Origin: Candidatus Bathyarchaeota archaeon
Lineage (GTDB): Archaea; Thermoproteota; Bathyarchaeia; Bathyarchaeales; Bathycorpusculaceae
Length of the DNA: 36,728 nucleotides
Reading direction: 5' to 3'
Assembly (NCBI GenBank): GCA_963806535.1
Contig: CAWDYC010000012.1
Coordinates: forward strand, 1 to 36,728
This document shows, one piece after another, positions 1 through 11,154 of this stretch (within the stretch, counting starts at the first letter, position 1; every line of letters starts with the position of its first letter). Below the pieces are notes generated by a model. The model did not search any database and was not told the origin of the DNA. It saw only the letters and a program-made list of their open reading frames with translations. Position numbers and translations under genes: made by a program.

Positions 1-306
1 AACGCTTCCTGCGTAATCTTTGGCGAATCTGACGTTGTTTCACTGATTCATCGCCAGGAATCAAAACCTGAAATTGCTAGGGCAGTTTTTGATGCAATGG
101 CAGACCGAATTTCATCGATGATACATAGATTAGGAGTAAACCTTGAAGTAGTTCTTGTTGGCGGTGTAGCTAAGGATGTTGGCTTTGTCGCATCTTTAAA
201 TCGAAAATTAGGAATTAACGTGTTGATACCTGAATTTCCTGAATATGTTGGAGCACTTGGTGCTGCTCTTGTTGCTACCAATCGTGCAAAAGAGGGCCAA
301 AAATGA
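1..306 (+). CDS. bzdP: BadF/BadG/BcrA/BcrD-family ATPase, likely bzd-type benzoyl-CoA reductase subunit P (5'-truncated by window)
   Basis: Frame +1 is open from base 1: NASCVIFGESDVVSLIH...LVGGVAKDVG...PEYVGALGAAL, typical C-terminal ASKHA activase motifs; overlaps the start of the BzdQ-like gene. Confidence 0.7.
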   Translation, partial: NASCVIFGESDVVSLIHRQESKPEIARAVFDAMADRISSMIHRLGVNLEVVLVGGVAKDVGFVASLNRKLGINVLIPEFPEYVGALGAALVATNRAKEGQK

Positions 307-1217
307 AGGAACCTAGCACAGTTAATGGTGACATTGAGTTTTGGCGCTGGGAGGAATACCAGCGTATAATGCCGGGAATAAAATGGACAAACAAGGACAT
401 AATAACTGCAGGCGTAGATGTTGGTTCTGTCGGTTCAAAAGCCGCCATAATGGTTAATGGTCAGGCTTACTCTTGGGGAATTACCAGGACAGGCTCTAAC
501 AGTCCTGAAAGCGCCAAGAAAGCATTAGACTGGGCGCTCATTGATACCGGACTCAAATATCAACTGACATCAAATACATTGTCGGCACAGGTTACGGTAG
601 AGTCAACGTTCCAATGGCAAATAAAGCCATAACAGAAATTGCTTGCCACGCAAAAGGAGCAAATTACATTTGGGGATCCAAGCGTCCGAACCGTACTCGA
701 CGTTGGAGGACAAGACATTAAAGCAATCCGAATCGACGAAAGTGGCAGAGTAGTCTCTTTCTTAATGAATGACAAATGTGCAGCTGGAACAGGTAGAGGA
801 ATGGAAGTTTTCGCCGATTTACTAAAAATTCCTATTGAAAAAATCGGAGAAATGTCTCTCCAAGTAAATGAGGAACCGCCTCCAGTAAGTTGCACTTGTG
901 TGGCTTTTGCAAAAACTGAAGCCGTGGGACTCCTCCGCAAAGGCTGGTCTAAAGAAAAGGTTTTAGCAGCATACACTCGTGCAATGGCAGTTCGCATGGC
1001 TAACTTGATTAATAGGGTAGGCTTAGAAAAAGAATTAGTTATTACTGGGGGACAATCAAAGAACATTGGAATTGTCAACAGAATAGAAGTTGTTTTAGGA
1101 GAGAAATGTCTGCCGATGCCTAAATGGCGAGAGAACGGCTTAGATCCCACGATTGCAGGCGCGTTAGGTGCGGCGCTTTTCGGGAAAGCACTCTACGAGA
1201 AAGCACAGAAAACTTAG
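303..1217 (+). CDS. bzdQ: bzd-type benzoyl-CoA reductase ATPase subunit Q (two apparent frameshifts, ~558 and ~677)
   Basis: N-terminal EFWRWEEY; GVDVGSVGSK; hidden middle frame YIVGTGYGRVNVPMANKAITEIACHAKGANYIWG; then VLDVGGQDIK, MNDKCAAGTGRGMEV, AGALGAALF. Confidence 0.8.
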
Positions 1218-1232
1218 AAGCGTTCTAAACTT

Positions 1233-1526
1233 ATGATTACACATTATGGTTACAGCGATGGATCAGGCGAGTACTACATAACTATTGACACCGACAAGTG
1301 CAACGGTTGTGGCAAATGCGTTAGGGAATGCCCCGAATCAGCACTTCAGATGGAAATCATGTTAATAGACCTTGAAGACAAGACCGTGGCGTCAGTTACT
1401 GAGGAGCACCGGAAAAAAATAAAGTATACGTGTGCTTCCTGCAAACCCGAAATCAATGCTACCTTTTGCGTTCTAGCCTGTGAGTCCAAAGCGATTAAAT
1501 GCACGTGGAACGCTCATTTATTTTGA
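1233..1526 (+). CDS. 4Fe-4S ferredoxin (BzdM-like electron donor)
   Basis: CNGCGKCVRECP motif plus CASC...C-VLAC; N-terminus HYGYSDGSGEYYITIDTDKC; directly after bzdQ. Confidence 0.8.
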   Translation: MITHYGYSDGSGEYYITIDTDKCNGCGKCVRECPESALQMEIMLIDLEDKTVASVTEEHRKKIKYTCASCKPEINATFCVLACESKAIKCTWNAHLF

Positions 1527-1708
1527 TTGAGAAATTTTGAGTTAACTTCTACTATTCTCGATTCATTAAAAAGGTTGCTTAGAATCCAACCAACCAGTTG
1601 TCGTGAATCATAATATATTAGAAAGTATTATTAGAGATATTATTTGAGGATTCGCTAGCTTTATTTATGTTTTAACACACTCAAAGGTGTTAGTGGGGTA
1701 AGAAAATA

Positions 1709-2261
1709 TTGGCAAGAAATCCTCAGTCGAAAGATGAAGCATTGGAAGCCATAGACTTCATCGTAAATGTTTTAAAAGAACATGAGAAAGATTTGGATAA
1801 ACTGATTAATGAGTTAGCAACCGTCACTGAGCAACTTGGAGACACCGGTCAGATAAATGGTAAAGTAGAAAAGGTTGAAGAAAAAATAAATAACTTGCAA
1901 AAAGAAGTCACAAATCTAATTGCTTACTTATCGAGTAAACCACAAGAGACTCTTCCTGTAGCAGCAAAAGAACAGGAAGCTCAAGCGACATCTACCGCGG
2001 CGGTTCAAATCGGACCGTCTCTGATTTTTAGATGTAAGCAGTGGGAGGATTTTCAAACTTTAGCTTTTCAAGCTCAGAGATTGTCTTTCAGCTTCACAGA
2101 AGACGAGAAGAGTTTCCAAGCTGACGCGTTTAAGGGTAACCAGATCATTATTTATAATGGCCCTGTTCCAAAGTTGTCAGCCGTTTTGAAAGCATGGTTG
2201 TCTAGAACAACTGGATATTCCAGAAGGAAGTATTCTGGAAGGCGTTTTAGCAATTAGCTAA
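1709..2261 (+). CDS. Hypothetical protein with N-terminal coiled coil (apparent frameshift ~2207)
   Basis: 182-aa ORF with heptad-like N-terminal half; shifted frame gives QLDIPEGSILEGVLAIS* ending 2261. Confidence 0.65.
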
Positions 2262-2850
2262 AACTTATATTTTCATTCTTTATTTTTGATTCATAAAGCT
2301 TATAATATGCTTTATAATATCTTAAGTCTTGTTAGTGCTTGGAGGATTAGTTGAGGTTGAAGGCAAAACCATTAAAGCCAATTAACTTTTTCCGTTTTCG
2401 AAGCCTTCTCCTTTCTCCTCGATGACGGATGGCAGTGGCAAGCCAACAAACAGCAACCAATCCTCCAGCACTGACTCGCCAAAAACCCTTGAACACAACC
2501 AATTTACGCCAAATCTTAAATGCACTTAACAAACCATTATAATTTAGGTTGATTTGTTTGGCTATAGATGTAGAAAGAACCAAGAAGCCGAAACTTCCGA
2601 CGAAAAAAAGATTACTGAAGAAAATAAAAAATAGAAGATAGAACCACCGAAACTACCTTGACTTTCGGATTACAGATTTAATAGTGGGAGGAATGTTATT
2701 CAACTTTCCCATAATTTTGCAGAAGAATAAGTTAATTAATAGATTAACTCGTCTTCGTTTCTACTTGTCAAAATATCCTCGAAAAAGTAAACCTTTAAGG
2801 AGAAAGAATAGACAAAAAAAATATTTGAAAAAGAATAGATGCTGCTAGTA

Positions 2851-3402
2851 TTAGTCCGTAAGAGTTGTTTGTTTTTCAAGAAGTATTTTACTTGGTGTTG
2901 TCAAATATTTAAGATGGAAGGGCTTTATTATAATTCCAGCTTTTAAATCTGCATGGAAAGTCTGGCTTTCAACTACCCAGTCGGATAATTCAGAATCATG
3001 TGCTCGAATGAACTCTGCAAAATTTGCGAAGTTTTCATGAAGTGAAATGCAGGCTGCATCCCAACCCATTCCTCTTCCATCTAAAACCAGAATCACGTTG
3101 GGTTGCTTCATGTACCAATCTTTCATTTTCTGCAATGCTTTTGTTTTTTCTTCGCCTGCCGTAAATTTCAATTTACTTTTAATAAATGTAAAAGCAGCTA
3201 TTTCAAAGCCAATTTGCCCAAACTTCGGGATAACAGTATATCCTTCTATAAAGTTTTCTTCAAGCATCGCTCTTCTTCGGGTGACCGTAGGTTGAGAAAC
3301 ACCGAGGGATTTTGCCAGCTGCCTATCGCTTCTATGAGAATCCTTCATTAATTCAAAAAGTATCTTGTAATCGATCGGTTTAAGTTCTTTCATAGTAATC
3401 AA
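2851..3402 (-). CDS. Lrp/AsnC family transcriptional regulator
   Basis: DYKILFELMKDSHRSDRQLAKSLGVSQPTVTRRR HTH, then EGYTVIP linker and a RAM-like domain. Confidence 0.88.
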   Translation of the reverse strand: MITMKELKPIDYKILFELMKDSHRSDRQLAKSLGVSQPTVTRRRAMLEENFIEGYTVIPKFGQIGFEIAAFTFIKSKLKFTAGEEKTKALQKMKDWYMKQPNVILVLDGRGMGWDAACISLHENFANFAEFIRAHDSELSDWVVESQTFHADLKAGIIIKPFHLKYLTTPSKILLEKQTTLTD

Positions 3403-3552
3403 CTTTTACCATTCACTATTTTTTTGACATCATATATAAACATCATTGTTGAATAAACGAAAAATCGTTCCCGTAATACACGACAACACTAACATTTAAT
3501 CGATACTTTTAAGAGAAAAAAACCCTTAACAAATGCTGGAGTCAAGAAAGTA

Positions 3553-4912
3553 TTGTCGCCTCGAATTCTTATGGACGTAAATCAGGAAATAACCAATTTA
3601 CTCAGCGATTTAATTCGTATAGACACAACTAACCCCCCAGGCAACGAAACACAAGCAGCTACATACATAGCAATATACCTCGGCAAAGAAGGGTTCAAAA
3701 CCGAAATTATAGAGTCAGCTCCTGGAAGAGGGAGCGTAATCACAAGAATTAAAGGAACAGGCGAAAAACCTAATCTACTTTTATTGTCACATTTGGACGT
3801 TGTTGCAGCCAACCCAAATGAATGGAGCGTTGATCCTTTCGCAGGTGCAGTAAAGGACGGCTTCGTTTATGGCAGAGGAGCTTATGACATGAAATGCATG
3901 ACAGCAATCGAAATGCTTGTTATGAAATATTTAAAGAAAAATAATGTGGAACTTAAAGGCGACGTTGTTTTGGCGGCTACGGCTGATGAAGAAAGAGGCG
4001 GCGAAGAAGGAGCAGGCTACCTTCTCAGGAACTACCGAGAAAAAGTGTGGTGCCCTTATGTTATTAATGAAGGCGGCGGTTTGGCTTTTCCCTCAAAAAA
4101 AGGCTATGTATTTCCTGTTCAGACCGCGGAAAAAGGAATTTTGTGGCTTAGAATAAAGGCCAAGGGAACTCCGGGGCATGGTTCGACGCCGAATATGGCT
4201 GATAACGCTGTTATGCGTATGAATAAAGTTGTGGAAATATTGGGGAATTACAAGGCAGAAACTAGCTTATGTTCCTACTCTTAGACAGTTTCTTTCTGAA
4301 ATGGGAAAACATGACTTTGAAGTCAACGATGTATTTTCCCGTTTGCTTGCTAATCCTACTCAAAGCGAAAAAATACTTGATGAGTTAGCTAAAATTGACA
4401 AGGCTTTGGCAGAAGAAATTAGACCAAGAACTAAAATGACCATTGCCCCAACCATGATTCATGGAGGAGTTAAAGAGAACATAATACCTTCAGATTGTGA
4501 AGCGGTGTTTGATTGCAGAATACTTCCAGGACAAGACGTGAATGTAACATTTAATTTGATAAAAGATTTGTTAAAAGATGTAGGCTTAGAAAAGTTAAGT
4601 TTTGAGTTTATTCAGAAGCATGATGGATCGGAGTCTTCTACGAAAACTCCGCTGTACGAGACAATCACGAATGTTCTTAGGGAGTTTGAGCCAAACTGTG
4701 GAATCACACCGACATTAACCACAGGAGGAACTGATTCACGTTTCTTTAGAGAAACTGGCAGCGTCTGCTATGGTTATCAACCTATGATTCCAGATGAACC
4801 GAACGATCAATTGGAAAAACGAATGCACGGCATTGATGAGCGAATAACAATTGAAAACCTTGTTTACGGAACTAGTATACTCTATGAAACAGTTAAAAGA
4901 TTCATGAGCTAA
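3553..4912 (+). CDS. M20/M25/M40 family metallo-hydrolase (apparent frameshift ~4260-4270)
   Basis: SHLDVV, GRGAYDMK, DEERGG, NEGGG, PGHGS, GGTDSRFF and HGIDER motifs split over ORFs 3553-4284 and 4229-4912. Confidence 0.88.
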
Positions 4913-5115
4913 GAAACACCAAGCTATCTCAACCTCTAATGGAGTCAAACCTCCTTTAGTTTTTGTGAATTACTTTGTGTCTGAATAAACCTTCTTGGCA
5001 AATATCAATTTGATCAACTTAAGAGACTCAAAACAGAAAATAACATCCAAGAAAAGTACTTTGTACGATTAACTTCGAACAAACGATAGTTTAGTAAAAT
5101 TTTTGTGCTTCTTTG

Positions 5116-5241
5116 TTCTTTGTGTTTTGGGTTGTTTTTTTGATTTGGGCTTTAATTTGTTTGTAGGTCACGTACCAAAAAGTATGGAAAAGGCTAGAAA
5201 AGGTTTGAAACGTACCAAAAAGATTAGGAACGTACAGAAAA
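5116..5241 (+). repeat. Dispersed element copy 1: 56-nt leader plus 7 x 10-bp array (consensus GTANNGAAAA)
   Basis: Leader 5116-5171; units from 5172: gtaccaaaaa gtatggaaaa ggctagaaaa ggtttgaaac gtaccaaaaa gattaggaac gtacagaaaa. Confidence 0.8.
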
Positions 5242-5414
5242 TCAAAAAAGGTTTAACAAATCTCTCGATCAAATTAGAAAAAACGTGAAAAATTCTCAAT
5301 CGCTGAGTTAGATTTGATGATTTTATTATTCATTAAAAAAAATAATTCGAATAAGTCTTCAAAATTATGAATCGATAGGCATTTAGGTTTGAAAATAAGT
5401 ATTAATGGAAACGG

Positions 5415-6708
5415 TTGATGCTGATGGCTTTACAAAAAATAAGCAAGGTATTAGACGGATGCTGTCCAGACCAAAAAGTAACTGTGCGCGGCTGGGTTTA
5501 CCGTAAACGTGAAGGAAAAGAACTTATTTTCCTAGTAATCCGCGATTCAACAGGAGTTATCCAATGTACAGTTAAAAAAACCAGCCCCGGCTGGACTGAA
5601 GCACAGCGTTTAACAATTGAATCTTCGCTGACGCTTGAAGGCACAGCCAAAGAAGACAAACGTGCTCCAGGCGGATACGAAATCAGCGCAGAAAACATCA
5701 CAATTATCGGTTTAGCAGAAACCTTCCCAATAGCCAAAGACAAAAGTGAAGAATTCATCCGTGACATGCGCCATCTTTGGCTTCGTAGCCGAAAAATGAA
5801 TTTAATGATGAAAGTTCGCGGCGACGTGTTAGAAGCATCACGCCAATACTTCAAAAGCCAAGATTACACTGAAGTTTCGCCGCCAATGTTTATTTCAGCA
5901 GCAGTTGAAGGCGGCTCAACGCTTTTCGGCTTAAAATATTTTGACCAAGACCTATACTTAACCCAGAGCTGCCAGCTTTACCTTGAAATCCTGATTTACT
6001 CTTTGGAAAATGTCTATTGCATTGCTCCATCGTTCCGAGCTGAAAAAAGCAGAACAATCAGGCACTTAACTGAGTACTGGCACATGGAAGGCGAATGGCC
6101 TTTTGCTGACATGAATGACTTAATGAAGTTTGAAGAAGGCTTAATGACTCATGTTTGCCAAACCATCGGCAATACCTGCCAAAAAGAATTCGCAGAATTA
6201 GGCGCTGACATAAACAAGCTCAAAAGCGGTACAGACTCCGTTTCCACGCATAACCTACGCTGAAGCAATCGACAGGCTAAAAGTGAAAAATCCAACGTTA
6301 AGCTGGGGCGCTGATTTAGGTTACGAGGATGAGAAGGTTTTAGCTGAAGACTTCGGCAAACCATTCTTCGTTTATGATTATCCAACAGCGATTAAGGCAT
6401 TTTACTGCAAAACCTACAAAGACCATCCTGAAGTTGCAATGTCAGTGGATATGATGGTGCCACGAATCGGCGAAATCAGCACGGGCGGCGCAAGAGAAGA
6501 AAACAAAGACATGCTTATCGAACGTATGAAAGCGCAGGGTTTGAAACCTGAAGAATACGAATGGTACCTTGACCTAAGACGCTACGGAACCGTGCCGCAT
6601 GTTGGCTTCGGAATGGGCGTTGAACGCCTTTTGACATGGATGCTTGACCTAGACAACATCATCGACGCAATACCGTTCCCAAGAACAACCCGCAGGTTCT
6701 ACCCATAA
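5415..6708 (+). CDS. asnS: Asparagine--tRNA ligase (apparent +1 frameshift in A-run ~6222-6225)
   Basis: OB-fold VRGWVYRKR...FLVIRDSTG, RHLWLRS, VEGGSTLF, motif 2 SFRAEKSRTIRHLTEYW, motif 3 DLRRYGTVPHVGFGMGVER. Confidence 0.88.
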
Positions 6709-6762
6709 CCCACTTTTCTTTTCTCTGAATAGTCAGATTTAATAATGATTTTTATTAGTCTT

Positions 6763-7482
6763 TCAGCTTTGTTCTTTATATGGTAACCTGTAAAATACTC
6801 CTGTTTCATCTGTGTTTTTCGGTAAACCTAAGCTTTCAATAATTGTTTCCATTGCTTTAACCATCGGCGGTGGCCCGCAAGTGTAAAATACGTTTTCTTT
6901 GTAGTCGGGCAACGTTTTCTTAATCATATCACCAGTGATTATGCCAGTTTCCCCTTTCCATTGGCTTGAAGGCTGGTTAACTATACAAACCATTTTTAAA
7001 TTCTTATTTTCATTTTGCATGCTTTCAAGTTCTTCTTTGAATGCGATGTCATTTTCCGTGCGGCAACCATAGAAAAGCGTGATTTTCGAGTCTAAACGTT
7101 TGTCTGTGGCATTTTTGCATTATGCTGATGAACGGCGTTATTCCTATGCCTCCTGCAAGCAAAGCGATTTTTGGGTATTCTCCCTCAAAAGTGAATTGTC
7201 CATATGGCGCATCTATTCTTGCCCAGTCACCAATCTTCGACTGCTTTTAGAGCCAGTGAGTATTCATGGTCAGTTAATTTTTTGGTAAATTCAAAATGTT
7301 CTTTTTCTGTTGGGCTGCTGCTGAAGCTGAAATGGTGAGTTAACTCTTTGTCGTCTTGTTTTATTGTTATCAATGAAGTATTGGCCTGGTTTGTAAGTTA
7401 ACTCTGAAGGTCTTGGAAACCTGTAGCTGGTTACGTCAGCGGTTCGAGGTATAATTTCACTGATTTTTGTTTCAAACTTCAT
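6763..7482 (-). CDS. FAD/NAD(P)-binding oxidoreductase of the ferredoxin-NADP reductase family (several frameshifts; 3' end uncertain)
   Basis: Pieced together: YKPGQY, HHFSFSSSP, APYGQFTF, LAGGIGITPF, FYGCR, YTCGPPPMV. Confidence 0.8.
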
Positions 7483-7621
7483 AAAAATCAATTCGCTCTT
7501 TAAGAAAGTGTGGATTCTAGTATAATTTGTTCGTTACAATAAACTTTACGGCTGAACTTATTTTATAAACTAGTTTACCAATTTTAACAACGCTTGTTAT
7601 TTGGAGAAAAGAGGTTGGCAA

Positions 7622-10396
7622 ATGGGGCAGGCATCCAAGAAGTGGCATTCGCTAAACGTTGATGAAGCGTTAAAGAGCCTTGACTCTAGTCGCTTCTGGG
7701 TTAACAGGTCAAGAAGCTCAAAAACGTCTCGCCATTTATGGACCCAACGAATTAAAAAAGGAAAAAGGAAAGTCGCCGCTCAAGCTTCTGCTTGGGCAAT
7801 TCACAGACGTTCTCATGATTATTTTGCTCATAGCCATCGGGCTTTCTTTTGCTGTCGGTGAAGCAACTGATGCAGCCATCATCTTAGCCATCGTAGTAGC
7901 CAGTGCAGCTTTAGGTTTCACCCAAGAATATCGAAGCGAAAAAGCAGTTGAAGCCCTAAAAAAAATGACTGCGCCAACCGCTAACGTGCTTCGAGATGGA
8001 AAAGAAACCAAGATTCCCGCTAGCCAACTTGTTCCAGGCGACATTATCCTGCTTTATACTGGCGATAAAGTTCCTGTTGACGCAAGACTCATCGAAGCTT
8101 TTACCCTCAAAGCTGATGAATCTTCTCTAACTGGAGAATCAGCGCCAGTCAACAAGTTCACTGCAGAACTAGCTGAGCAGACGCCGCTAAATGATAGGCG
8201 TAATATGGTTTTCATGGGAACAATCATTGTTTATGGAAGAGGCAAAGCCGTTGTCACCACTACAGGCATGAACACGGAGTTTGGCAAAATCGCTGAAATG
8301 GTTCAAGCGGCGCCGCAAGAGCAAACTCCTTTGGAAAAGCGGCTGGCAGGTGTTGGCAAATGGATAGGTATCTTAGCCATAATTATTGCGGTAAGTGTAG
8401 CTGCAGTCGGCATACTTGTTGAACATCGCCCCATCGTTGACATGGTTCTATGGGCTGTTAGCCTCGCTGTTGCTGCAGTTCCTGAAGCGTTGCCCGCCAT
8501 CGTAACAGGTGCTCTCGCCATAGGCATGTACCGCATGGCGAAAGTCAACACCATAGTTAAACGGTTACCCGCTGTGGAAACGCTTGGAAGCACCAGCGTC
8601 ATCTGCAGCGACAAAACAGGCACCATGACCAAAGGCGAAATGACAGTCCAACAAGTCTACGTCAACAACCAAACTCTAAAAGTAACAGGAATCGGGTATG
8701 ATCCAACAGGCGAATTCCAACTTGAAGACAAAACCGTCACCCCTGACGACCACCTAGAAAGCGCTGCTTAAAGTCGCTGTACTATGCAATGACTCAAACA
8801 ACGAAAAGGATGAGAAAACAGGCAAGTGGACTGTTAAAGGTGACCCAACCGAAGGCGCATTAATTGTTGCAGCAAGAAAAGCAGGCATCAGCAAAGAAGA
8901 GCTTGAAGGGCAAGAGCCACGAATAGCTGAAATTCCGTTCTCTTCCGAGCGAAAACGCATGACAACGATTCACTCGGCAGAAGGCAAAAAAATCGCTTAC
9001 ATGAAAGGTGCCCCTGAAATAGTCTTAGAGCGATGCAGCAAAATCTTCCTCAACGGAAAAGTGCAACCATTAACCAAAGAAATCTTTGCTGAGCACCTCA
9101 AAGTCACGGAAACCATGGCACTTCAGGCATTAAGAAACTTGGGTTTTGCCTACAAAGAACTCCCAGCTGACGTTGGCAGAATTAGATGAGGAAATTGAGA
9201 CTGACTTTGTGTTTGTCGGCATAATGAGCATGATTGACCCACCACGCCCTGAAGTCAAAGATGCCATAGCATCTTGCAAAAGCGCTGGAATCCGAGTTGT
9301 CATGATTACAGGTGACCATAAACTTACAGCCACAGCCGTAGCTAAAGCGCTCAATTTGCTTGATGAAAAGATGCAGAAGGACAGGTTTTGACTGGCACAG
9401 AACTTGAAGAAATGACAGATGACCAATTGGATGCGGTAGTGGAGAAAGTGGTGGTTTATGCTCGGGTGTCGCCTGAACATAAAATGCGCATTATTAAGGC
9501 TTGGAAGAAGAAAGATGAAGTTGTTGCCATGACAGGCGACGGCGTAAACGATGCACCAGCTTTGAAAATGAGTGACATCGGCATTGCCATGGGCATCTCA
9601 GGCACCGAAGTAACAAAAGAAGCAGCCGACATGGTTTTGGCAGACGACAACTTTGCCAGCATAGTTAAAGCCGTCAAAGAAGGCCGAGAAATCTACGATA
9701 ACATCAAAAAATATCTAACTTACCTGCTGCAATGCAACATCATGGAGATTCTTGTAATGTTTTTCGCCGTTGTTAGTGTTCCTTATCTTGCAGGAATTTT
9801 CACAACAAATCCCGATGTAGCCTTGGTAAGCAGCGCTGGAATCGCATTAACTGCTGTTCAAATTCTCTGGATAAACCTGGTTACTGACGGGTTACCTGCT
9901 ATTGCTTTAGGCGTAGACCCCGGAGACCCAGATTTGATGCAGCGCAAACCACGTAAACCCAAAGAAAGCATGTTTAGCAGAGACGTAAAAATTTACTTAA
10001 CCGTTATGCCGATTATTATGTCGACGCTATCTGTTGATTGCGTTTTTCTCTAATTCGCCATGGACAAGTGAATTCCAATTGGCAGAGGCTCGAACACAAC
10101 TGTTCACTGCAATGATTATGATGGAATTAGCCGTTGCAATTTCTTCTCGGTCTCTCAAATATCCCATTTACAAAGTTGGGCCATTCAAAAACAAGTTCCT
10201 CTGGCTTGCTGTACTCTCGTCATTTGCTCTGCAACTCTTCGTTCTATACACTCCAGGTGTCCAAAACCTATTTGACGTGCATACCCCTGGTCTTTTCGAT
10301 TGGGTGATCGCGCTATTGTTTTCGATTGTAATATTTAGTATTCTAGAAATTGGCAAATACGTAAGTTCAAGTCGGAAATATGTGCCTGTACCGTAA
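7622..10396 (+). CDS. Cation-transporting P-type ATPase, type IIA (Ca2+-ATPase-like); about five apparent frameshifts
   Basis: SLTGES, VPEALP, ICSDKTGTMT, KGAPE, MITGD, TGDGVNDAPALK, QILWINLVTDGLPA across ORFs 7601-7861, 7680-8771, 8959-9189, 9146-9391, 9388-10053, 10034-10396. Confidence 0.88.
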
Positions 10397-10460
10397 AGCT
10401 TTAAAATGAATGATGATGATTGAAGGGATAAATCAAACAACATTGGAGAAAATAATAGAA

Positions 10461-11060
10461 ATGAGCAACAATCTGTTAACTAAATTGGCAAATCCTGCAC
10501 CTCTCGGGCTTCTCGGCTTTGGCATAACAACTGTTCTTCTTAACTTGGTCAACGCAGGCGCTATTCCATTGGACACTGTGGTTTTAGCTATGGGCATTGC
10601 TTACGGCGGAATAGCACAAATTATTGTTGGCGCAATGGAGTTCAAAAAAGGCAACACTTTCGGCACTGTAGCTTTCCTGTCTTATGGCTTGTTCTGGTGG
10701 AGTCTCGTAATGATTCTGCTTTTACCAAAGATTCCTGAATTCGCCGGTTTTGCTCCTTCTTCATCTTCACTAGCAGCATATTTCATAATGTGGGGTATCT
10801 TTACTTTCGGCATGTTCTTTGGCACTTTAAAGGCTAATCGAGCTTTGCAGTTCGTTTTCGGCAGCTTATTTGTACTGTTCTTTATGTTAGCTATAAGAGA
10901 ATTAACTAACAACTTTGGTCAAACTGGATCAATAACATTCAACACATTCGTAGGCATCGAAGGCGTCATATGCGGCTTAAGCGCAGTGTATCTTGGAATA
11001 GCTGAAGTCTTAAACGAATCTCACCATAAAACTGTCTTGCCAATTTATCCAACAAGCTAA
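10461..11060 (+). CDS. satP: GPR1/FUN34/YaaH (SatP) family acetate uptake transporter
   Basis: [13 protein letters not shown] signature, [12 protein letters not shown], six hydrophobic segments; upstream of acs. Likely start ATG 10461 (ORF open from 10410). Confidence 0.88.
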   Translation: MSNNLLTKLANPAPLGLLGFGITTVLLNLVNAGAIPLDTVVLAMGIAYGGIAQIIVGAMEFKKGNTFGTVAFLSYGLFWWSLVMILLLPKIPEFAGFAPSSSSLAAYFIMWGIFTFGMFFGTLKANRALQFVFGSLFVLFFMLAIRELTNNFGQTGSITFNTFVGIEGVICGLSAVYLGIAEVLNESHHKTVLPIYPTS

Positions 11061-11154
11061 AAACAACTAATTTCTTTTTTTATTTTCTAATAAATCAAGT
11101 GAAAAACTTATATTCTTAAGATCTTACCATTCCCAACAATTTAGGATGATCTAA

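Noticed and set aside
2347-2712. Minus-strand frame from ATG 2712 interrupted by a single TAG (2653-2655), possible pyrrolysine readthrough
   Set aside because: The product has no recognisable motif, looks like translated low-complexity DNA, and no pyl genes are in view.
5103-5288. 61-aa ORF (F/L-rich then K-rich)
   Set aside because: It simply reads through element copy 1; no equivalent ORF is evident in copies 2 and 3.
6215-6283. Programmed frameshifting in asnS or other split genes
   Set aside because: Too many scattered breaks in one region and no consistent slippery site; sequencing error is simpler.
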